NCBI RefSeq assembly: GCF_006345805.1
Contig: NC_043005.1
Coordinates: 10,850,001-10,914,000 of the forward strand
DNA from: Octopus sinensis
Taxonomy: Eukaryota
Direction: 5' to 3'
DNA: 64,000 nt
Of this stretch, positions 13,681 through 25,424 are shown piece by piece. The notes under the pieces are model-generated. The model had not been told where the DNA came from, searched no databases, and saw only the letters and a program-made list of their open reading frames with translations. Positions within the stretch are counted from its first letter, which is position 1. Every line of letters begins with the position of its first letter. Made by a program: the position numbers and the translations under genes.

Positions 13681-15224
13681 CGTTAACACGCACACAAAAG
13701 GCTACAATCTAAAATTACATCTACCTAATACAGCTAAATTAATGTCTCAAAAGTTATGAAACAATAATATTTTATATATTTATACTGTGAAATTTGATTT
13801 AATACTAAATCTAATTTTTCCCTGTAAGTTTGGAGCTATACTCCCTAATATTATTATTATATATAAATATATATATATATACACATGCACAATGAGCTTC
13901 TTTCAGTTTCTGTCTACCAAATCCATTCAGCCTGAGGTTATAGTAGATGACACTTGACCAAGGTGCCATGTGGTTGAGAAGCAAGCTTCTTACCACACAG
14001 CCACTCATGATTGTTTATATACTTGTCACTGCCGGAGCAAAATGAAGCTTACATTTCTCATTGACATTATAGCTATAACTGAACTGCATTTATAAAGAGC
14101 AGTGGAGTAAAAAAAAAAAAAAAAAAACCTTTACTTTTAAGACAAGTACAGATTGACAACAAGAACACCCAACTTTAATTAGCATTTCACAAAATACTCC
14201 ATTTGAACCATGCTGGCATAGGAAAACAGCTTTAACGAATGAGAATAGTTACGTTTCATTAGAAATACTGTTATAAAAGAATTACTTTTACTTTGTAGCC
14301 TGGTACTCAAGTCATTGTCTATCTACCCCCCATAGCAGAATTTGTGCAATGGTCAATGGTATTGCTATTTTGGTTTCAAAATTGCACAGAACATAATAAT
14401 TATTGTAAAATACAAGTCTGACTTTAAAATATTTTCAGCCTTGTGGTTGCTTCAGTGATATTACTGAAAGATTTTGGTAGAGAAATATATGAGCTAAATT
14501 AAGGTTATACAAAAATAATTTGACATTATATTTGGTTAAGGATAAATATTAAAGACTTATTGTTTTTTTAGCCCCTGCTTAGCCTTGGTCAAGCATACCT
14601 GTTACCAGAATATTCCTCTAATGATCATTCCATCTTATTTTCTGACAATGTGTTTAGGTCTAAATTATCAATAGCATCCTTTATTTTATTATTTTTTTTT
14701 TAGTTCCTAAGACATGGTTTGAAGGGCATTTAGTTCCTATTTCTGTTAGGCAAAGTGACCATGTGCAAGTACTGACATCAGGCTGCTTTAACTGTTAATT
14801 TTCAATTTTAGCTACTGGCTTTTGCTGGGAAAATATAGAGGTACACATTTTCCCCTGCTAGTGTAGAACTTCTGAAGGTAATAATGAAATAGAATTATGA
14901 GGAAAGTTTAATTCTGGACCTGTTTATAATTATTTGAATTGTTGCTTCGTATGGAAAATTTTTCTTTTTAATATTTTGAGATTTATGTAATTACACAATC
15001 TTATCTATGAAACGAACAATTTTGAAATAATATATGTGATAAACCATCATCATCACCACTGTTTTCGAGGATGGCATATGTTGAATAGTTTGACAGCATC
15101 TGACAGGTCCAAATACTGCATCAAGGTCCAGTGTCTGCTTTGGCATGATTTCTATAGCTGGATGCCCTTAATGCCAGCCAATTCAGAGGATGTACTGGGT
15201 GCTATTATTACTATTATTATTATT

Positions 15225-15775
15225 GAGTGAGAGAGTAGTGCATGCCATCAAAATAACACAGGGGTAAAATATACAAAGCCCAGTATACCCATCTAATAGG
15301 GATACACCAGGCACATGCATCACAACCATATGTACGCAACATGGTGATCTCATTTGAAGATAAACAGTGCATGTCCTTGCAGATGGGGCCCAGTTAGAAT
15401 TTTCTTCAGTTTGACTAGCCCATTCTACTCAAATGGTCCTTGAATAAGGGTTGTAACAAATGAAACACCAATGTTTCCAGAGGTGAATTATTCAAACTCC
15501 AAAGAATTCCTCTCAACACATGGCTATGATGTTCCTGCACTACTTCTGCTCATGGTCAGAGATGCACATGTCGTCAGCCACCAAGGGAGATGCTCTACAG
15601 GTTATGGTCAAACAACTGACAAGCCAATCTGTGGTATTGTAGAATATTTACTGTAGTCCATCTTTTGTACCAAGATAAAACAATGTGCATGATAACACTT
15701 CCAATCAGTTATGATCAGAGGCCATGTACTTCCAATCAGTTAACACCACGAGAGCCAGTAACTGGTACTGCATCA
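15225..15775. repeat. Probable unclassified interspersed repeat
   Basis: Higher-GC block unlike its flanks, bounded by (ATT)n/(CAT)n runs; family not assignable from this window. Confidence 0.4.
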
Positions 15776-16294
15776 TCATCATCATTATTATTATTATTTG
15801 TGGCACCAGTGCCAGTGAAGTCACTATGCAACTTGCAAGCCTAAGATTCCCTTTGAATGAATGCTGCTATAAGTAGAAAGGGGAGGCAGCTTTATTCTAT
15901 GGAATGGGAGATTAAAGTGTGATGGAAGGGGCCGAAACAGAACATTGGTAATTAAAATTTGAGATATAAAACTCCATCTATCTTTTGTGAAATCTTTTGA
16001 ATTAAACTGGCCAAGCAGATAAAATATAAGAAATATTTGCAGACAAAATGAGATTAATTGAAAACAAAAACAATAACAAACTAACCTGCTCATTTTGAAG
16101 AAAAATTTGGTATGAACTTAGTATTTTGTAATGTTCTTTAATATATAACATTTTAATAATTTTTTTAAAAATTGCTGGAAGGAAAATGCTTTTTGTTAGA
16201 GTTGCACTGTTTTTAAAAGTCCTAAAAAAAAACACATGGAAAATGCTTTTCTTAAACATAATATATTTATTTTTATTTATTTATTTTTTTGCAG

Positions 16295-16496
16295 GGATAT
16301 AAAATATTCTATACTTTGAATCCAGATCTCCCTATTATTCTTTGGGACCATAAAACCCACAACAATGGCCAGAATAAAGTGGAAACTCTTCTTAACTTGA
16401 AAACAAACAGCACATATACTATAACCATTTTAGCTTTTTCTAGTGCTGGTGAAGGTCCTCTTTCAGAAGAAATTCAAGTAATGACAAATCCTGGAG
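16295..16496 (+). CDS. Lar: LAR-family RPTP exon, C-terminal half of FN3 repeat 2
   Basis: Poly-T tract + gcag|GGA acceptor, G|gtaatg donor; GYKIFYTLNPDLPIILWDHKTHNNGQNKVETLLNLKTNSTYTITILAFSSAGEGPLSEEIQVMTNPG, in frame with the previous exon; aligns by eye to LAR GYRVYYT...LAFTAVGDGPPSPTIQVKTQQG. Confidence 0.95.
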
Positions 16497-17619
16497 GTAA
16501 TGCAGTCTTTATCACCCACTCCACTTCATTGCTAATTTTTGATGTCTTTTTTTAAAAAAAAAGAAAATTTATCGACATGCATGTTACAACACAAAGACAA
16601 CGAAGATTTACAAATTCCCCAAAAATATTCTTACCATATCATTATTTCACTAATGAAAGAATTAAGGATTCACTTGACAAAATGAATTATTTTCCCTGTC
16701 TGCAGATGAGTGCAGTCCAAACTCTCTCTCTTTCTCTCTAAGAAGAAACAGTATTTTATACACACATCAACTACAACATACTTATTTCAGTACACATTGA
16801 GTAAATACAGGAATATGTATTTCCCCACTTAGAAGATAAATTCAGGTCAGTATTCAGATTCTGAATATTACCACAAAATGGCCTTATAATGCATCATTCA
16901 TTTAATTTCTGTAGAGTTTCAATTTTTAGCAATCAACACAGCTTAGCCTATATTTCCACAGAGTTAGCTTTGTACCAGAAACTTCCAAATCTCACCTGAG
17001 ATGTAATAGGCCTCTACTTTCACTCCTCTAAAATACTTTACATAATGAAACTCTAAGAATATATTAGCTTCAGCTAACAACACTACAACAATACAAATTC
17101 CATCATCATGGCCTGTCTTCATTGGCATGTTTCATCTGACATGTTCCTTACATATTGTAGCATTGCATGTAATTTGGGCTAAATGTCTTTGGAAATTTTG
17201 GGCTGGAGAACCTATCTCCCTGAACACGTTTGGTAATCTTTAGTAGTTGAGCTAAATGGGTGTGTTGTCTTGTGCCTGCTTGCACCAAACTTCTATACAT
17301 GTATGTATATGTCTAGTGTAATTCTGGTTCTTGGGATGTGAATGTCATTGGATATCGTGTGGACGACAAGTCCAAATGTCCGAGTTGTTACTTGCGGACA
17401 CTTAGATGCATTTGCTCGTTATTATTACCTTTTTAAGAAAAAAAAAAAAAAAAGGTTGCATTTGTTGCATTTTTCTTTTACTTTCTAATATAAATCGGGG
17501 ATCAAAAAAGGTGGGGAGTTTTGCTGAAACAATTTTCAAATAAATTAACCTCCTAAGGGAAAAGGGGAAAAGAAAAGAAGTGCTAACAAAAAGTATGATC
17601 TTTTAATACATATACATTC

Positions 17620-17667
<48 letters not shown>

Positions 17668-18902
17668 AATGTGTATATATATGAATGTGTATGTATACAC
17701 TATTGCATGTGAAAATAAAACAAGGTTGCATTCTTTTCCTTTTCTTCTTTTCAATTAACCAAAAGCTTTGATCAAAAATTGTTTAAAGTTTTATTATTAT
17801 CATTATTATTATTATTATTTAAAATAAATCTCCAAATCAAAACGCCAGGTGTATTACTAAGCACAATTTGTTGATAAAAATCTTAGAATACAATTTTATT
17901 TTTAAAACATTAGTTTTTGAGATTTTCATAAGCCAATTTAGACATAATTTCATAATTGGTATCATCAGTATTACTTCTAAATTTTTGTTAAGAGGCAAAA
18001 AAAAGTCTTCAGAAATTGTTTCAGCTTGACTACCAAGTGCAGTTCTACAAAGTAAATTGGTCAAGATTAGTCAGATAACTTTGGTCAACAGCTCCATTTA
18101 GTGCCATAAACAATGTGTCTCTGAAACCTGCATTACTATTATAACTACTACTACTTGTGTGTCCAACATTTGTATGTGCACATATATGTGTGTATACTTG
18201 TGTGTGTGTATGTGTTTCTTACTTTACAAAAAGGACGATTTTTTTTGTTGAAACTTTGTTAAAATTTAATTTAATTATTTTTTTCTTTTTTTACCTTGTT
18301 TTGCTTATATTTATTCAGATTCCAATACAATATGTATTTCAATACCAAATGGATTATTATAAATACACAATACTAATATCAGAGTATTGAATCTATCTTT
18401 CTTAACCACAGGGAACAAATTCGTGGAATTTAGTGCAATATTTCAGCTTTCATCATTGTGTTGTACCAGATTTTTCAATCCAATATTGTACAAAATAAGG
18501 ATTATATACATCAAATTTTACAATTTGCTGTACACCTTTCAACAGATTATATTATGATGTGTCTATGTGTGTGCCTCTGCATAAATGTAAGTGATTATAT
18601 GTGTGTGTGTTTGTATGTGTATATGTAAAAAGTGCTGCATAGGGTTCAAGCATGTAGGATCAATTAAATTTTTATGTATGTATATAAGTAGATTAGAATA
18701 TGAAAAAAAGCATAATTACTAAACCCTTTATAATCATAATTGTGCAATGAATAATACCATATGTATTGTTTGAGGTAACACATTAATTATATTTGCTGTG
18801 TATGACTGGCATGGCTAGCTGCCTGATCATTATATTAGCTGATTCTTAGGGGATTTTCAAAGATATTTCAAAGTTGACAGTTGATATAAATTTTGACTTC
18901 TA

Positions 18903-19520
18903 CGAGGGGCATTCAATAAGTAATGCCCCTGACCCACTTCCCATAGCAGTAGAGCAACGACACTTGGCACAGTTATTAGTCTTTTTCTACATAGGAACCA
19001 CCCAGAGTTACGCATTTCTCCCATCGTTTGATGCAGCTCTGGAGACTGTTTTTGTAGAAGACCCCAGCTTGGTCCTCCAACCATGACGTGACTTCAGAAA
19101 TCAAGGCTGCATCATCTGGGAAACGCTTTCCTTTCAAATACAATTTCATGGCTGGGAAGAGGTGAAAATCAGAGGGTGCAAAGTCAGGAGAGTAGGGGGT
19201 GGATGGGGGAGGAGTTCATAGCTGCACACCTGTGCTTCTGATCTGGCGACACGCGTGTTGTGGACCGGAGCGTTGTCCTGCAGGAGGAGGATGCCTTTGC
19301 TGATCTTGCCTCGCCTCTTGATTTTGATAGCTTCTCTTAATTTCCTCAAAAGTGAAGCATAATAGTATCTATTTATGAGATGGAAGCCATTCTGTTTCCA
19401 AAAAGAACACAATCCCATTTCTGATTAGTCTTGCAATGGGGAATTTTGAACCTTAATGTCATGTTCTTTACTTCATCACATCGATTACTAGATGAAATCT
19501 AATAAAACTCTACTTGTACA
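18903..19520 (-). mobile_element. Mariner (D,D34D) transposon relic, 3' half with frameshifted transposase
   Basis: TA + CGAGGGGCATTCAATAAGTAATGC terminal repeat at 18901; minus strand reads LLQDNAPVHNTR..PHPP/YSPDFAPSDFHLFPAMK..RWEKCVTLGGSYVEKD* (stop 18976-18978), with 34 residues between the two Asp and a +1 frameshift at HPP. Confidence 0.92.
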
Positions 19521-20481
19521 CAACTCAAGACCTGCTATTCCTTTAAAGCTTTTTAAGACTTCTGTCTTTAGTCCACAGCTAAACATTTGCTAATGTTAGC
19601 AATGCTTTGTATGCACATATAGATTATCTTTACATTTTCTTTTTTATTCTTTATTTGTCATACTACTTTTAGAAATATTTACCCATTAAGGATAGAAAGT
19701 CTCTCAATATGTTGCTTTTGACATGTAATTATAAAACTAAATTAAACCTGTTGATGTTGCTTGAGGGTTGTCCATTTTAAGGTTAAGATGAATACTCTAC
19801 TTCCTCCAAAGTAATTGCAAACGCAAAATATCTTTTATGCTGCTAAGAACAAACTTGGCTCTGGTTTCATAGCATTCAGTGGGTGAGTGATAATTTTTTT
19901 CCAAGACTTGACTTCAGCTTATTTCTGATCTGATAAATATTCTTGACAACTGGCCTATGTCAGTTGAAGTGATGAAGAACAAAATGGTCTGCTTTGTAGC
20001 ATCTATAAATAAAGAATAGTCCACAATTTTATCCATTCAGTCATGGTATGTCTTAGAATGTTTCTGATTAGTGTTTCAGTATTTAATCCGAGTTCTCCTG
20101 AGATTTTCCTTCATTACCTGATAATATCTAATACTACATATATTGTTGGATCAGCCTATTTAAACTTCTATATGGGAGATGGAGGTCTGCTGTTTTTGGT
20201 TTTTGATATATATATATATATATAACTAAACTAAACTAATGTTTATTTATTCCTAATCACTGCTTGGTGCTGTTGCTGTTATTTTTATTCTGAGCAAGCA
20301 GTCCTCTAGTGCAACTTTAACTCTGAATCTGCTGGAGATTATCTCACTGGTATTTCCTATTGAAGAAGGCTAAAACGCTAGAAATGTATGTCTGGGAATC
20401 TAACAGCAGTAAGGACTCGGCATATATAGTGTCTTTACATCTACTATAAAAGAAATTCTCTACGTTTCTGAACTAATCTCA

Positions 20482-20518
<37 letters not shown>

Positions 20519-20521
<3 letters not shown>

Positions 20522-20816
20522 CGTGACCGACTAGGCTATCAGATGTAGTTACACATCGCTGGTCACAATGCGTTCGCAGTTTTAGCCTTCAAATGACGCC
20601 ACCCCGCTGGCTACGCGAGCAGGCCAACAGAAGAAAGAGTGAGAGAAAGTTGTGGCGAAAGAGTACAGCAGGGATCGCCACCACCCCCTGCCGGAGCCTC
20701 GTGGAGCTTTTAGGTGTTTTTGCTCAATAAACACTCACAACGCCCGGTCTAGGAATCGAAACCGCGATCCTACGACCGCGAGTCCGCTGCCCTAACCACT
20801 AGGCCATTGCGCCTCC
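20519..20816 (-). mobile_element. SINE family C head/body with a different 3' tail
   Basis: 20630-20816 is the reverse complement of the family C head; 20519-20625 does not match the tail of the 12296/48558 copies. Confidence 0.85.
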
Positions 20817-20870
20817 ACACACACACACACATATATATATGTATATATATACACATATATATATATATAT

Positions 20871-21262
20871 AGGCACAGTCATGACAATGTGGTTAATAAG
20901 TTCATGTGGTTCATGTTCAATCCCAAAATATGGTACCTTGGACAAGTGTTTTCTATTATAGCTCTGGGCTGACTAATACCTTGTGAGTGAATCTGGTTAA
21001 TGGAAATTTTGTGGTAACCCGTCACGTATGCATATATGTATTATGTGATGTGTGTAGCTCTCTGTTTCCTACCCCTACATTGCTTGATGATCAATGAGGG
21101 TTTGTTTTATGTCCTTGTAACTTAGTAGTTCAGCAAAAAAGAATGACAATAAGTACCAGGCTTTAAGAAAATGAGTACTGGGGTCAGACTGTTGGATGAA
21201 ATTTTTTCAAGGCTGTGCTTCAGGATGGCCACTGTCCAAACACGAAACAAATAAAAGATACA
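20871..21262 (+). mobile_element. Old degenerate SINE family A copy
   Basis: Diverged but colinear with family A. Confidence 0.65.
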
Positions 21263-21407
21263 AAGTATTACATCATCATCATCATTTAATGTCCATGTTC
21301 CATGATGGTATAGGTTGGATGGTTGGACGGATCCAGTGGATCAGAGGACTGTGTCATGTTCCAGTATTTGTTTTGTCATGATTTCTATGCCTGGAATCAT
21401 CATCACC

Positions 21408-21596
21408 ATCATCATCATCGTTTAACGTCCGTTCTCCATGCTAGCATGGGTTGGACAGTTCGACCGGGGATCTGGGAAGCCAGAAGGCTGCACCAGGCTC
21501 CAGTCTTATCTGGCAATGTTTCTACAGCTGGATGCCCTTCCTAACGCCAACCACTCCATGAGTGTAGTGGGTGCTTTTTACGTGCCACCTGCACAT
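21408..21596 (-). mobile_element. SINE family D fragment
   Basis: (CAT)n tail plus family D core. Confidence 0.85.
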
Positions 21597-23860
21597 CCCT
21601 AATGTCATCCACTTTGCAGTGGGTAATGGCTATGTTTTTCCATTCCACCTTGCAAGACAAACTCCAAGGTTTGTAGGTGCTAGGAGATGATGGGTAAAAA
21701 GTATGAGAAAAAGTGGCTAAGTGGAACTGGTTTCTTGTTGTAAAGGCACTAGCTACATGACTATTGACATAGTAGAAGAGTGTATGGTAGTGGTCAGAAG
21801 AAGCTGGAAAGGAGTAGAAATATTGGTGATGATGTCTCACTCTGAGTGGTAGACAGAAATTAGTGTTGCTAGGAGACAAGTATGTGGCCTGGGGGGGGGG
21901 GAGTAGGCAACTCTCCAACAATGCAAGTGTTGGAGTGAGAGTAGGAGATGGCTGACAGTGTGGAATAGCAGAACAGTAATACTGATTTTAAATGGCCACA
22001 GTCAAATGACTGAAACAAATAAAAAAATATGTGTTCACATACACATTCAACTAATGTTTTTGTAAAGAATTCATGATGCAGTCATACTATTTGAAGGAAG
22101 ATTTTCTCAAATTAAAAATTTTTAATCATATTAAAAGATCTTCAAAAAACTAAAGGACATAAACCTTTTAGAAGGAAGTTTCCATATTGAGTTTAAGTGC
22201 TTTTTCCCTTTACAGCTTTTCAAACACACGTGTTATGGGGTAATTCATAGAGAGGAAGTTATTTTTATAGTGTTGTTGATGATTTCTGGTCTAGTTTTGG
22301 ATTTAAAATTCTTATATGGTATTCTTCTCTTGCCTTTTATGGTCGATCATTTTCTTCCTTTGAAAATAGGAAATATGTTTCAATTTCCCATTTGCACAAA
22401 TGTCTAGTTGTTCAGTACATGGAACATTTCAAAGAATTGAATCTTTGATTTGCTGCTTATATACCCTAAGCCAGTGTATTAATTTTCATCCCTTTTGGGC
22501 AATATACATCACATTGCATTATGGGCATGTGATGTAGTAAAGGAGATTTGTTTTGTTCTGTTATTTTGCAATTTGTAGTTCCGTTAGCCTTTCTCTTCCT
22601 TCCCATTCTGGAATGTTTTCCTTGTTCCCTTTTCAGATATTTCATATGTTTGATGATGAAAGGTCTCTGCAGCTGGTTGCCAGCATTATTTTTTTCCTTT
22701 GACTTTTATTATATACCTGCGTATGTGTACATCCATACACATACGTGTGAACGCACAAAACAAAATAGTCCAACCCATGCCAGCATGGGAAATGGATATT
22801 AGATGATGATGATGATGATGATGATGACTACTATTAGAAACATAGAAGATTGGATGCTAAACCAATGGGTGATACATAAGGCATAGCTATGTGGTTAAGA
22901 TGTTTGCTTCCTAACCACACGATTTAGATCCAGTCCCTCTGCATGACCCTTGGGTTGATATCTTCTACTATAGCCTAAAGCTGACCAAAGGCTTGTGAAT
23001 GGATTTGGTCAATAGAAAATGAAATATGCCCATTGTGTATATGTGCAGTGGTTTAATTTCTTTTTACACCTATTGAAGAAGTGACTGCTTTGTGCTTCAC
23101 ATTGCCACAGTTTCCTCTATGACTTCTGCCTTGCTCTTACTTCTGGAATGTACCTAAAGTCTTTGATTCTCTTTAAACTCTTTAGAAATACTGAGAATGA
23201 AGAACAGCATAATTATTACTATATACATCTTAACTGCATTTATCATTATTCTTCATTATCATTATCATTGCTCTCACCTTCATCTTCATTATTCTTATTA
23301 ATTGCTACATCATTTTGTATTCATTTTCGTATAATGAATATAACAAAATTTAACATTAATTTAAGGCATTGTTTAATTAACCTGCATCGCGAGCATAAAC
23401 ATAGTTACTGAATTATCTCAGTACGTCTTTATAATTAAAAAAAAAAAAAATGGAAGACATTTAAAAAAAAAATCCTGTCATGTAAAGAAACGCAACTTCT
23501 TTTTTTTTTTCCTGTTTATTTTTGTTTTATTTCTAATTTTTTTTTTTTTCAAACTTCAATATTTATTTTTCTAATCCTCAAATTCATCTATTAAATTAGT
23601 GTTTCAGGTTTTCAACAAGCTATTTGATTGTGGTGGGGGAATCAACAACACTCACAAAACACTGAATACATCCACTTTATTTTTGCTTCATCATATAGAG
23701 CGCAAACCGAATGGAATAATAAAATAGCATAAACATGGGTAGAGAGCATGTCTAGCTAAATTTTGGCACTAACTGGATCTGTTTTATACCACCTTATCAT
23801 TCTTGGCTCAATACACCTATAACGATGCATTGGATTTCTTTTTTTTTTTTGCCTGCTGTA

Positions 23861-23902
<42 letters not shown>

Positions 23903-24621
23903 TGTTATATATAAATATATATATATGTTATATATATGCGTATATAGGATATATATATATTTAATATATATAATATATATTATATATATGTTATATATAT
24001 ATATATTATTGATATATGGATATATGTAATAATTTACATATATGATATATAATATATATATATATATACACACACACATATATATCTTTTTTTTTAATTA
24101 TTGATTTCTGCCTATGGATTTGTTGTTTATGTGCGGGATGTTCAAACACTTGCATCATTTCGTATTGCTGAAATCTCTTGTGTGTGTTTCAGTTCCAGTG
24201 AATAAACCTGTTATATTTGATCGTAAGTAGTTCTGAAAAGTATGGCATTTATAATATTTATTATTATTATCATTATTAATAATATTACCATCATATAAAC
24301 CTCCATGTCTTTATACAGTGCTCCTATATGGTGCATGTTGCTGCATATTTTTTAAAATATTTTTAGTAGCCTGAAGTCCTGTAGATTGTGACTTTCAAAT
24401 ATCTTCTGACAGTCTTGAACTGGCCTTTGTTTTTTGCATCAGTTATTACTTGTATCAATTTTGTCTAGCGTACGTACATGTAAATTTTTGCGCTGCCGCT
24501 ATATACTACTGCGAAGATGCCAGCATGCTTGCCCTTTGCTTTGATCTGCTGCCTGCTGCTGCTGCTGCTGCTGCCGACGCGTTGCACTGCGCGATCGTTA
24601 CAAATCAGTTTCTTTCTGCAG

Positions 24622-24660
24622 CGATGGATGGACTGAAGACCATACATCCTGATATTGCAC
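24622..24660 (+). CDS. Candidate 39-nt cassette exon in the FN2-FN3 linker (AMDGLKTIHPDIA)
   Basis: tttctttctgcag acceptor, GCAC|gtaatc donor, phase 1-1, no stop; preceded by a CpG-rich island with a (CTG)n/YGCY cluster. Confidence 0.5.
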
Positions 24661-25411
24661 GTAATCCATCCTGGGTTTACCAGTCCAGTCTTTGTCCATT
24701 GCCGTGTTTTTTTCCGAGTGATCTTCCTACTGTTTTCCTCCCTTCTTTCCAACGGAGCTATGCACACTTTATTTCAGCCATTATCTGCGAAAAGGTTTAC
24801 ATACATACATGTATGTACGTGTATGTGTATATATGTATATATATATATATATATATATGTGTATATGTATATATATGTATGTGTATTTATGTATGTATAT
24901 ATGTATTGGGGGAAGGGTGTTTGGTTTTAGTTTTTAGTTTTTTACCTTCTGTAAATAAAAAGAATATTTTTTTATTATATGGAAAAAAATTTTAAAAATT
25001 GCATCAATTCTGAAGGTCGCTGCTAATTTTAGCTAAAACTTTAAAAGTCCTAAGTTCTTTTATATGTGTGTATGTCTGTGTGTGCACACAATAAATATAT
25101 TCACTCACACACGCGCAGACATATATATATACACACACACACACATACTCTCTAATTCATATGTACATGTATACTTATGAAAGTGTATGTATATACTTAT
25201 AATCGTACACACACATACATATATGTGTGTGTGTGTGTGTGTGTTTATCTGTTAGAGAGTTAAATTTTTTTTTTTCTGTTGTAGTTTCGAAGTTTATAAT
25301 TATTTAATTTTATTTGGTTCTGATTTTCTTTTGATAATGGATATTATTCAAAATTTTGCAATAGGTTTATTTTACAAATGTACATCTAATATACACTTTT
25401 TTTTCGTTAAG

Positions 25412-25424
25412 ACTGGAGAGGAAG
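25412..25424 (+). CDS. Candidate 13-nt microexon ACTGGAGAGGAAG (frame-shifting alone)
   Basis: CTAAT branch point ~22 nt upstream, T-run, ttaag acceptor, AAG|gtggtt donor; purine-rich. Confidence 0.3.

Noticed and set aside
16497-16555. Read-through GNAVFITHSTSLLIFDVFF* resembling a GPI signal
   Set aside because: T-rich intron starts encode hydrophobic residues by default, and no nearby poly(A) signal was seen
20250-20360. UGC-rich tract with several AGs and a CTG|gtattt donor
   Set aside because: All phase-1 readings hit a stop within a few codons and signals are weak
24652-24674. TATTGCAC (miR-92/25 seed-like) within a hairpin region
   Set aside because: The rest of the sequence does not match miR-92 and the segment does not sit in a paired miRNA-like arm
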